DNA from: Bigelowiella natans CCMP2755 | Lineage: Eukaryota > Protista > Cercozoa | Direction: 5' to 3' | NCBI GenBank assembly: GCA_000320545.1 | Contig: ADNK01000443.1 | Coordinates: 1-64,000 of the forward strand | DNA length: 64,000 nt | Shown: positions 1-11,398 of the stretch, piece after piece | Numbering within the stretch: position 1 is the first letter of the stretch | How the letters are laid out: the number at the start of each line of letters is the position of its first letter | Translations under genes and position numbers: made by a program | Notes under the pieces: model-generated | Database searches by the model: none | The model's input: the letters and a program-made list of their open reading frames with translations, nothing else | What the model was told of the DNA's origin: nothing

Positions 1-92
1 TTGTTTGCTTGCATGTTCCTCCTCCCTCTCCACCACCCACCGCTCCCCCCTTCTCGATCTATCTTCTTCTATTCTGATGGCAATTCTACCAG

Positions 93-502
93 GTTATGGG
101 CCGGAAGAAAAGGTTCCTTTTATCGGAAATAGACTCCTGGAAGAACCGCGACGAAGTAAGAAGCATTTTGTGGTGCACGAAGTGTGCGTTCGTAGCAAAT
201 CAGGCGAAGAAGACGTAAAGTATATCTATTTCTCTCTCGAATGAGTCAAATATACTTCGCCCCCTCCTCCTCCTCCTCCTCTACTCTTCTTTCTTCGCTA
301 TCATAATGACCATCATCTATCTCTCACCACTGACTAACCGATCATCAGAGCGGATTGGAGGAAGTGAACAACCAATACATTGGGCTCATCAGCTCATCGG
401 ATGAGAACATCCCAGTCCTTGAGTCGGAAGACTTGGAAATAGACGGGTAGCAGCAGCTGCTATGCGATGGTTGATGAGAGGATGACGTTGACTCATGATG
501 GT

Positions 503-536
<34 letters not shown>

Positions 537-827
537 GTATTCGTATTGTAGCAATAGCTGGCTATCGCTAGAGACCACAGCTGGTTCTCATACATGCATT
601 AGATCTGGTTGCTGTTTGACTTTTATTTTTACTTTCTCGAAGGGTTGGAGGCGAAGACGAAGGACGATTGTCTCGAATGAGGTGCCAAACTACTCAATGT
701 TTTGCCCTAGGATTTCTCCCCAGTGGGGCTATGACCCGACATCGTTGGAGGAGGGAACATATGCATCATTTTTCAGCCTTTACGAAGAAATGCACATTTA
801 TATATATTTACAAATATATATATATGA

Positions 828-867
<40 letters not shown>

Positions 868-2342
868 TAAGTGTGTATATGTGTGTGTGTACGCGCTTAA
901 TTTAATATCCTCGAGTTTTACTTACACATATGTCTTCTCTCTCTCTCTCATCTCCTCGCTTTTCATTCATAGATTGGACGTCAATCAGACGACAAACACC
1001 GCACGCTTGGGTTTTGCTGACTTCTATGGTGTGCCACGAGCGCGCGCACACACAGAAAGAGACGAATAAACACAGAGAGAGAAGGGGGGGGGAGAGGGCA
1101 AAGAGTAATATTAACCTACGACTGAATACCATCATAGGGGAGGGTGCGGTATATTCCATGGGGAAGATCTTTGGAAACTTGTCGTATAAAGGTAGAAGCA
1201 GCAGCAGCAGCAGTTGAAGAAGAAGAAATACGTGAGTGTGTGCCTGTGTTTGTATATGTTTGCATAAATGAAGGTATCACTGATAAGCCCTCGAGTCTAT
1301 CAATTATGCTGCTTGCCTTTGCCAAACAAGACTCATAGGATCCTCTCCCCCTCTCGCCCCCTCCTCCTACTACTACTATCATTATTACCACTGTTGTTCC
1401 TGATACACGTTCAGGGGAATGGGGTGGAATTTTTGCTTTAGAGCCGAAAGCGCTCGCCCAGTGGACACGGTATAATGTTAGCAGCTGTAGTTCATAACTC
1501 GAAATAATGGCAGCAGCAACCGTAGGAGTGGTAGTAGTTACTGTTATTTATGTATTATGTAGTAATGGACCATGACCATCTTTTCTCTTCTTGCGACGGT
1601 ATCATTTTCCCGTCTTTTTCATTATTCGAACAAAGGATTCGGTTCTTCTCCCGTGTGCCATCGATATCATGCATCATCAAGTCGCAGGAGAGACGCGCCA
1701 CATCCAGATGCCGTTTGCTTATTGACACCGGTTGGTTGTGCGAGGACGGATGAATGGGGCCCAGGAGGAGAAGAGAGGGGGAATCGTAGTCTCGGGCTAA
1801 TTCCTTTAAGCTGCTGGCCACAAAAAACACACACACACTCACACACACACGCATGTTATCCTTCAAAAGAACTACTTTCTCACTCTTTGGGCATTGTTTG
1901 GCTGCTTTCGCTACGACATCAGGTGCCGCTGGTACCCCACTGATATTTCATGGAAGGGGTGGTAAAACGCTCCAACTCGGGCGGTACTTATGTAGATCAA
2001 ATCATGAATGATATGATTTCTGTGAGTGCTTGCTTGCATGTAAAAACCATGTTGAGGAGCAAACAGTTCCAACGTGAATGACAAGCCAACGCAATCTTCT
2101 TTTGCTACCATTACTATTGCTACTGCTGTGTCTCATCCACGATCACTGACGTTGTCGCCCTTGTCGTTTTGGTCTTCGTGTCCTAAAGTTCCGAAATCGG
2201 CGGCACATCATCGGTTCATGGTAGGAAATTTACTTGCACGTGCAATTGAGTTTTGTGTTGTCGCAAAGCTCATCAAGGAGGGAGAAATTGTGGGGGGGGA
2301 TATTCTACGGATAATTTCTTAGAGAATGTCTCTTGCTCTATT

Positions 2343-2386
<44 letters not shown>

Positions 2387-3096
2387 ACATCTTGTGTTTT
2401 TTCGCAGGGATGACGAGTGTCTCGGGTAGGCTAGAAGATTACAATCAACGGGTCTTTATTAATTAAACAGTGAATCCCATCTGTCGTCTCCCCTACTACT
2501 CGTACTACTAACTACTACCTATATACCTAGATGAAGTTGATCTGATTTTCAAATCATAATCATGACAACTCCATACCACAAAAGGTGCTAATGGATCGAT
2601 TACAAGTTCCAATGTTAATCGTTGGCGGAAGAATCGTCAATAATGTCACAGCTATCAAGGTGACATATAAATGATAGCTGTAACATATAAATGCAGTGCG
2701 AGAGGAGAGAGATGTAATGAAGAGTCTCACAAATCGCCTCTACAAAACACATTATGCTCCCGAAATTACCTTACCTTCTTCACCTGGCATTGCATCCATC
2801 ATCATCATCACTATCACTGTGTGACAGCATCATACGTGCACACTTTTTCACTTCTATGAAATCACCATGTTCATCAGATTTCCAGTCTGTCATTTGACAT
2901 TGCACCTGGGCTCATGGGATTCATCTCGCACCGACTTTTCTGCAACTTTCACATGATCTACGACTATCCTCGCCGTCGTTTGTGCATGCGTTCCGATGGT
3001 GATCAAACTGCCACCGTGGCAGCCATGGATTTTGAAGGCATACGACAGGAGCACTACCTGTACGAAGACGACATGTTGAAACTTGCTTCTCAGTGA
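93..3096 (+). CDS. Probable retropepsin-like aspartyl protease, 3' part of a multi-exon gene (5' end outside window)
   Basis: Short AG..GT-bounded exons between microsatellite introns. One exon reads RCRLLIDTGW (DTG catalytic motif, ~1710-1735). The last exon (2878-3096) reads GLMGFISHRLFCNFHMIYDYPRRRLCM, resembling the G-x-x-G..F..F.V.FDY..RRL end of aspartyl protease domains. Exon chain only partly resolved. Confidence 0.5.
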
Positions 3097-4018
3097 TGCA
3101 TTACATCTCGGGTGACAGTCTCTGACTCTCTGGCATTCAAACACAGCTTTTCATTGCAGTGTGGCTAGCCACCCTGCTAGCCTGACACATACTGACATGT
3201 GCATGTCACTTTTGTGTCTGTTCTCTCATCGTGAATGTTGTGCATGCATCCAGCTTCCTTCACTGAGTCACGATTTGCATGCGATGCATTGCGTTGCGTG
3301 CTGGCACGTGCGTTGTCACGATGCAGCGTGTGACTTTTGATGCGTTCATTGTCATTGCTGCGCGCGCGTGGAGAACAAGCCTGGCTAGCTGGGTTTTGCC
3401 ACAGACACGCCGTGCACGTCATGTGCACATCACGCACGTTGTGCACGCTTTGTCCATTGTCGTGCAGCCAATTGCTCTGCTGTGCAAGGTCACTGCCACA
3501 CAACCTGACAAACTTGTCACCTCACGTCATTGTTTCGTCAAGCTAGCAAGTCCGACCATCACAATGCAAACACGTCTCTGCGGATCTCAGTGCGCACAAT
3601 TGCAATGCTCGCAGTGGCTTCTGGGCTTGCCCGCAATGGCACGCACGTCAGATTCGGCCATTTTCTTGCTTTTCCAGCTTCTTGAGAGGATGGTGTCACC
3701 CAATTGTTGTCACCGTCGGTCAAGGGAGAGGGAACATTGTGCAATCTCCATTGAAAAATTTGTCTCCTGTCGTTCCAGTCAATGCCACGCCCTTGACTCC
3801 GCGTCGTCAACACTTCTTCAGAGCCTGGATCTAAAAGGAAAAATGAATGCAACATTGAGGACAAGTAGCAGACACCAGCACATGCAATTGTCACATTTCA
3901 GAGCTGAAATCCAACCCTCATTTTCTTCAATGCACTGTGCACATTGCACACATTGTGCATTGCATGTCTGTCATCTGCACACGCAATGGAAGAGTCAGTC
4001 TCATTGTGATTGATTTTG

Positions 4019-4140
4019 CTAGCGATTCCACCATGTTGTCATCTAAAAACGGACTGGATTTCTGCACAAAACCCACACCAGTTGATCGATTCTAGCGATT
4101 CCATCATGTCGTCATCTAAAACGGACTAGATTTCTGCATG
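4019..4140. repeat. Imperfect direct repeat, 2 x ~48 bp, period 73 bp
   Basis: ctagcgattccaccatgttgtcatctaaaaacggactggatttctgca at 4019 and ctagcgattccatcatgtcgtcatctaaaacggactagatttctgca at 4092. Confidence 0.85.
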
Positions 4141-4344
4141 CAAATCACACTACCGGTAGTGCACCTGTGCTCGAAGATTCCAGGAGTACTGCCGGTTTCA
4201 AAGCAGTAGCGATGAGAGCCGAGGGCGGTGACTCCTTTACATGAGCAATCGCAACTGCCGATAGATCTACGAGAGACCCCGTTATCATTTTGACTGATGA
4301 TGTGATTGTTTCACAGCATCACGGCTGTTTTCGAAGGCATTCGT

Positions 4345-5778
4345 ATGAGCGAGCTGACATCGCACTTTTCAAAGGACTCTGACACAAACTTGAAGATTTC
4401 AGAAATGTTTCGTTCCCCAATTCGATCTTTGCGAAATCTGTACATGAGGAAGCATTCCCACGTGGCTGTGACACTTAGATCGACCCATTCACTAAGTTCA
4501 TCCACTTTTGAATGTGGGCGTTGCGCTCCTAAATTTGACAGGTCTGCCGTCACTTTTCTACTTTGTTGGGGCTCCATTCTTGGTTGTGCTCAACGTTGCA
4601 TCAGTTCCAAAGCTGAGGGCACGGACAACAGTTCCAAGACTCCAAATCACAAGGCGGTCGGCACAAGAGCCGCCGACAATGGGGACAGCGATGCTCAGTA
4701 CCGTCTGGGATTTTTCTACCAGGAAGGTTTGGGCGTGGATCAAAACCCAGAGAAGGCCGTCGAGTGGTGCACAAGAGCCGCCGAAAATGGAAATGGCAGA
4801 GCTCAGCACTGTCTGGGATTTTTCTACCAGAAAGGTTTGGGCGTGGATCAAAACCCAGAGAAGGCCGTCGAGTGGTACACAAGAGCCGCCGACAATGGAA
4901 ACAGCGATGCTCAGGTCAACCTGGGAGCATGCTACCTCGAGGGATTAGGCGTGGACAAAGACCTGAAGAAGGCTGTCATGTGGTGCACAAGAGCCGCCGA
5001 CAATGGAAATGGCAAAGCTCAGGTCAACCTGGGACTTTGCTACCTCAACGGATTGGGCGTAGATGAAGACCTGAAGAAGGCGGTCATGTGGTGGACAAGA
5101 GCAGCTGACAATGGAAATGGCACAGCTCAGTTAGCTCTGGGGGTTCTCAACCAGAAAGGTTTGGGCGTGGATCAAAACTCAGAGAAGGCCGTCGAGTGGC
5201 ACACAAGAGCCGCCGAAAATGGAAATGGCAGAGCTCAGGTCAACCTGGGAGCATGCTACCTCAATGGATTAGGCGTGGACAAAGACCTGAAGAAGGCTGT
5301 CATGTGGCACACAAGAGCCGCCGACAATGGAAATGGCAGAGCTCAGTTTTCTCTGGGGGTTCTCAACCAGAAAGGTTTGGGCGTGGATCAAAACCCAAAG
5401 ATGGCCGTCGAGTGGTGCACAAGAGCCGCCGAAAATGGAAACAGCGAAGCTCAGGTCAACCTGGGACTTTGCTACCTCAATGGATCAGGCGTGGACAAAG
5501 ACCTGAAGAAGGCTGTCATGTGGTGCACAAGAGCAGCTGACAATGGAAATGGCACAGCTCAGTTAGCTCTGGGGGTTCTCAACCAGAAAGGTTTGGGCGT
5601 GGATCAAAACCTGAAGAAGGCCGTCGAGTGGTGTGCAAGAGCCGCCGACAATGGACATGGTGGTGCTCAGACCAATCGGAGACCATGCCACCAGAGGGTC
5701 TGGACGTGGATCAAGACCTGGAGACAAAGGATGCAGCACAGCTCAGTTCAATCTGGGGTGTTGCCATCAGAATTCTGA
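4345..5778 (+). CDS. Sel1-like repeat (SLR) protein, apparently decaying
   Basis: Nine near-identical 108-bp (36-aa) units of the form AQxNLGxxYxxGLGVDxxxxKAVxWxTRAAxNG (~4690-5660). Further units after ~5690 are frameshifted. The N-terminus from 4405 (MFRSPIRSLRNL) is Arg/Ser-rich, like a presequence. Confidence 0.9.
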   Translation: MSELTSHFSKDSDTNLKISEMFRSPIRSLRNLYMRKHSHVAVTLRSTHSLSSSTFECGRCAPKFDRSAVTFLLCWGSILGCAQRCISSKAEGTDNSSKTPNHKAVGTRAADNGDSDAQYRLGFFYQEGLGVDQNPEKAVEWCTRAAENGNGRAQHCLGFFYQKGLGVDQNPEKAVEWYTRAADNGNSDAQVNLGACYLEGLGVDKDLKKAVMWCTRAADNGNGKAQVNLGLCYLNGLGVDEDLKKAVMWWTRAADNGNGTAQLALGVLNQKGLGVDQNSEKAVEWHTRAAENGNGRAQVNLGACYLNGLGVDKDLKKAVMWHTRAADNGNGRAQFSLGVLNQKGLGVDQNPKMAVEWCTRAAENGNSEAQVNLGLCYLNGSGVDKDLKKAVMWCTRAADNGNGTAQLALGVLNQKGLGVDQNLKKAVEWCARAADNGHGGAQTNRRPCHQRVWTWIKTWRQRMQHSSVQSGVLPSEF

Positions 5779-7379
5779 CAAGGTTTGGACGTGGCTCAAG
5801 CTCTGAAAAAGGACATTGAAACAGCAGGTGCTGCTAGACTGTGCAAATTGGGAACTGCGCGTGCCGTGTTTGTCGTTCAATGACGATCTTTGAGTTTGCG
5901 GGAAAAAACAGGTGTGCCTGCTCATCATGCCCGCGATGGTTCTGTGTCAAGTCAATTGAACTTGTGCGATGAAATCAATGTCAGATGCACGCAATGTTGC
6001 TGCAGTCCAGTGTGCTAGCAGTGTTCAGCGGTCCGTGCAGTGCGAGTGTGCAGCGTGCACTGCAGCGAGGGGCGTGGAAGCTCTAGAAGCTGGACAAGGT
6101 GCACAGGCAAGCATGCTGGTGCAGGTGTCATGTGGACAATCGCGCTTGCTCCACCTTCGTGCCTTCGTGGCTTCGCACAGCACAAGTGCAACAACTAGCT
6201 CGCAGGTGCGCTGCTCGCCAATGCTTGCAATTGCACGTTGTGTCATGCCAGCAGCATGCAGCGCGCACACACTCACACACCTGGACTGTTCTGGTGTCGA
6301 CGCGACAGCAGCACGTCGATCAGATTGGACGAGCTGAACGCACAAACAATGGACATGCTGGCATGCGTGCATGTGATGTGCACAATGTGTGCCACACAAC
6401 ACAATGTGTGCATGGCTAGATGGTGTGCTGTGTCCACAGTGCAATCAGCTGCAAGATGCTTGTGGCGTGCTGTGTCCATGGTGCAATTAGCTGCAAGGTG
6501 TGGCGTGCTGGCAGCGTGGATGTGGAGGCGACGTCGCGCACACTTGCACCTGCCTTTGCGCTTTCGTTTGCACGCAGCATTGCACTTTTCTTCGTTTTTC
6601 ATTCTCATCGGCAGTCTAGCAGTGTTTGCGTCGTCACTGTCATCTTTCAGATGATGTCTGGCTCAATGACAATCACATGGTGGCGCTCGCGCTCATTGCA
6701 TCACTTTGCGTCGTGTCACGTTGCATGGCGTCATCGTCGTGACGAGCCGAGGTTCAGCACGTCAGGCTTCGCATCGGAGCATGTAACAAAGCAGCGGGCG
6801 TCACCTTGTTTTCTCCTTTCTGCTTCTTTTTCTGATTCCTTCTTCGTTCGTTTCATCCCCACCTGCTCCTTTCAGTCTGTTTCCATTGTCGTCTTGCACT
6901 CACAAGTGAAACCGCCAAGAGTCCCAAGCACATCTGACCAAGCCTCTGATTTTCCGTGTCACACCATCAAAAATGGGTCTGAGCACTCAAACGAAGTACG
7001 ACATTATTTGGGACTCGAACATGGGGTTTGTGACAGCTATCAGTGTCAAACTCATCATGTCGCAGGGCAAAAATCAATGGACCATTGAAATGAAGAAGAG
7101 CTGGAATCTGGACAATGAACAATGAACAATCTGGAAGAGCACCCACTTCTTGCGCACAATTTTTTCCCTGGATTTTCCAAGAATGCCGTAGATCTCCACA
7201 ATTTCGTGTAAAATGCAGGCAAGTGGCGGCATGAGACAAGCACAAAGGAAGTAGAGAATGCTAGCACTTGACGCCAAGTGCAATAAATCGATACCGCATT
7301 ACCCAACCCACTCCCAACCCGCTCGAGCTCCGTGCTTGCACCGCGACCCCACGCATTCACTCTTTGTTCTTGTGTGCAG

Positions 7380-9035
7380 ATGAGCGATTGGCTAGTGACA
7401 GACGCAATCAAGACAATTTTGGCATTCTTGCTGCTTGTTTACTCCTCTGTTTTGTGGGCTTGGATGACCGCTCGCGAACCGAGCACAGAGTTGTCAACAG
7501 AGCAAAAGATCCTGTCCTGCACCACGACATTTTCTTTGCTATTTTTTACGGCCATTCTCATGGTGAGCTAATTTTGCTAATTTTGACCCTTTTGGAGCCC
7601 GAAATGAGCTTTAGCTTTGTTCGAATCTTACAGATAATCCACCAAATATACGTAACAAGCCCCTGGGAAGCCATCCTGGTCGTAGCAGTCATGGCAGAAT
7701 GGCTGGCTGCCATGAATGTTCTGGTCTGAACGCGAATGTAATCATAACGTATTTTTTTTAGAGGTGTCTCTTTTTGTATTTCCAATCAGTTGATCGCAGT
7801 GATAAACTGGAAAGCACAAGCAACAATTTACTTGAAAAATCGAGCGTTGATAGAGGGATTTGAATGGAAAAGTGATGTCGCCCCTAACGAACCTAGAAAA
7901 TATGGAGTTGTCGCTGTGGTTTTCGTCTCAACGCTGTTATTCGGCTCTGGAGTCCTGTCGCTAGCTACTACGAGATACGTCTGGGTCTAGATCGATTTCA
8001 TTCAAGATTTTTCGATAACTCACGAATTAAATAACGTAGGTAACTGGTAAGCACATCGCACTAGCATCGGTGTTCCTCTTCGCCCTTTTCGTCACCAGTC
8101 GAGCGCTTTCTCGCATCATTCGTACAACGAAGGTAGCAAAGAGAGAGAGAGTGAACAGTTTAAAGGCTTCCGCTCTACAGCGACAGCGAACAGGAATGAC
8201 AGGGAGTGCTGAGCAAGGCCAGAGGACAGAGGGAGACACCAACATCGATAGGTTTTCTTCTGCGACCAATCGCATCAGCCTCTCACATCTGAGAGATAGT
8301 TCGCAGCTAGCGGAAAAGAATGCGAAGGAAATGAATAGAGATGGTAAACTCGGTCATCAAGATGTGGAAGATCAGAAGATGAATAATAACTATGAAACCT
8401 CTTCTGTCCGTGTCCCTCACCAAAATGGTGGCAGGCCATCACTGGTCCGGCATAACTCCTTATCAACGACTCTGTCTAATTATCAACCATCAACATCGAC
8501 GCCTCAGCCTACCTGGAAAGAATCCTTAACGACTAATGAGCTTGAAGAAATTAAAAGATATGAAAGAAGCAAATGTCACCAGAGACTCTTGTACTTTCAA
8601 GCGGGATTCATTCTTCCTTTACTCATAATTTATTTCCTCGCTTTAGCCGGTCTCAACACGATAGTCGGAAACCTGACGTGGAAGGAATACATTGACGATG
8701 CTGCGTCCGAATACATACCTGCACAGGATGTTTTCCTTTATCTTGCGTTGGGAATCAACGCCTACTCTGTGTTCTACTTGCATGGGCTTTCAATCTCAAA
8801 ATTTTCAAGAACCAGGAACGCCGAAAGCAGCGTACAGCCAAATACAAATTTGGAGGCAGGGACAGTTGTGAACGCCACGAATGCCCAGGTTGATGAAGAG
8901 ATGAAAGAAGACACGAATAAACACTACGAGCTCAAAATCTTGCAGTCCAAAGGTCATTCGCAGACAGTGCTATCAACTTCCGCAACGGAAAAGAAAGGGG
9001 TCGCCAGGCCTCCAAAAAAGACAATCGGCAGATGA
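7380..9035 (+). CDS. Seven-transmembrane, GPCR-like membrane protein with a long third intracellular loop
   Basis: Exons 7380-7562, 7634-7723, 7790-7984 and 8040-9035 join in frame through three phase-0 GT-AG introns (71, 66, 55 nt). Seven hydrophobic segments, with a ~150-aa polar loop between the 5th and 6th. Confidence 0.7.
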
Positions 9036-9598
9036 AACGAGAAGAAATCCTCTGTGACTCAAGGGTCAATTTTTTGAGTCTCCCATTATTTTTGTGCTCT
9101 GAGGCCCCGATGCACATCATCCATTTTTCAGTAGTGCAATTGAGTGACAACCAAATGCCTTTACTTTCTTTTTTAACCATCAAAGATAAATGAACTTGAG
9201 CTAAACCAGCATGGGTGCATGGACTGGTTGAGAGCGCAATCTAGCAATGCTAGCTAGCTAGTGTGGGTGGGTGTCATGCAGCAGTTAATGGAATGTCGAT
9301 CCCCATGGGCGTGCGGCTGCTTCAGTGCGTTTGGCCAGCAGCATTCTGCGGACAGGACTTCGATGCGTAGCACTGTAACGTGCCACACACCTAAACATGT
9401 GCGTACACTGTCGCGTGCATCATGCTCATGTGATCAATGACATACCTCTAAACCCATGCATGTTGGACACGCTAGCTAGCTAGCATGAAAATGCACTTGT
9501 AACATCCGGCGTGAGGTTACTTTTTACTCGGGCATAACAATTTGTGCGCGTGCATGCATTTCCCATGAAACATCATTGAGCGTAACGAAGCTATCTAG

Positions 9599-11336
9599 CT
9601 ATTCATTTTCATTCTTACCATCGTGACTGTGCACCCCTAAAGCCCAGTTGGCAACCAAATCCATTACCTCCTCTGCCACATGGCCTGGCCTGCCTACGGC
9701 TGATATAGTGTTGAAATGATTCAGACCCATGACGACTTTTCGCCTGACATGGACACCATTTTTCTCAAGAATCCGTTCGAAGTCTACGGCGTGTTCATCT
9801 AATCCCCTGAAATATAAAATCGAAACCGGTGTCAGATGGAATCTCGCTCTTTGTCCCTTCCCCCCTCCCCCCTCCCTTTTCATCTCTCACCAATCTCGTT
9901 CCACTGTGAGGAGCAGGACTGGTGGAATCTCATGCAACTTTTCCTTCTCTTCTGCACCGCCCACTCCTTTTCGTCTTCGCAAAGGAGTCTGAGGCTCGCC
10001 TTCCCCCGCCCTTTTCTGTTTTCCTAGCTCCTCCAGCCGCTGAACGGCGAAGCTCTGCGACCATTTGCTGCGGTGGCCAAAGACTGGGTGTAGATAGAAC
10101 GTCTGGAGCAAGCATGACTCGGTCATTCGAGTAGCATTGTAAGGGCCTATTAATAATGACCCAAAGAATTTGATGTCGGAAGAAAGACAACTGGCCGATG
10201 CTCATCGATCATAATCTAGGATCAACGAGGGCGAGGAGGAAGTGGGAGATGATGATGAAGAATGTAACGCTAAAAATTCAAGAAGCGTCACTTCTGCGTT
10301 AGAGGCAGGCGAAGAAAATTCAATGAGAGTCCACATCCGATGTATGTCGCAATCCCGTTATTCTCTCTCAACTCCTTATGCAGAAGAGAGAATACGAAAA
10401 CATAGATTGTATTGAAAGTGATGTTCAAACCACAAAAAAGACTAATGATTTAGCTACTTCTATTACCAGCAGCAATAGCAACGCAACTACCACCTACCAG
10501 ATATGGCCACCAAGCCAGCAAGCTGTCCTGGCGAAGGGCCCGACACCTCCTTAAGATATTCTGGTTCCACCATCAGCATTGAGCATATATGGGCCCCTAC
10601 GAAACGGAGATTGATCGCCCGTATTGAACGACAAGGGTTCCATAAGAAATATGTGGTGCTGTTTGGCTACTGTTTTCTAATGTGGAAAAATAGGAAGGAG
10701 GGGAAGGAGGAGGAATAACAGCAGTAACATTGCCGTTGCAGTTCCTATGTTTTGTGAAATCGATTATAATACTCCTTATCACCGTTCTCAAAATGAGAGA
10801 ACATATATTCAGCTCGTACAACAATCGACCTGCCGAATGCCCAACCAGCGTTATGTTGTCAGGATCGCCGCCAAATTTGGCCGCGTTCAACCGTACCCAA
10901 GCAACAGCTCGAGCCACGTCTTGAGTGTGAGCAGGATGCTCCACTCCAGGAGATAATCTATAATATGCAGCATTTATATTAATTATAAATTGCACTTGCG
11001 GGGGTATTTGCAGGCCCGGTTGATGTATGATTTGCTGGAGAAAGGAAACATTTCTCCGTAACCCTCAATGTAAAGTATGGTTTGTGGCAATTGACGAGCA
11101 CCTACGACGGACTATTGCTGACACCCCAATGGATGCCGCAGAGAGGAAGAACGTCATCCAGTTTCGCAACTCGGGCACGAAGGAGACCAATAATGACGCA
11201 AGAAGGCCAATCACCAGCGCGTGGTCTATCATAAGCTGAACCTAATCATTGTCGAGACAACGGCATTATTACCAGCACTTTCGCATGGAAACACATTCGC
11301 TTTCACAATGGATGAACAGAAACTTTAACATAAGAA

Positions 11337-11398
<62 letters not shown>

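Noticed and set aside
4690-5700. Regular 108-bp repeats resembling an array
   Set aside because: They are in-frame Sel1 coding units with no unique spacers, so not CRISPR.
3177-6654. Many overlapping Cys/His/Ala-rich ORFs on both strands flanking the Sel1 gene
   Set aside because: Artefact of TA loss, which removes TAA/TAG stops and Tyr codons. No recognisable protein motifs.
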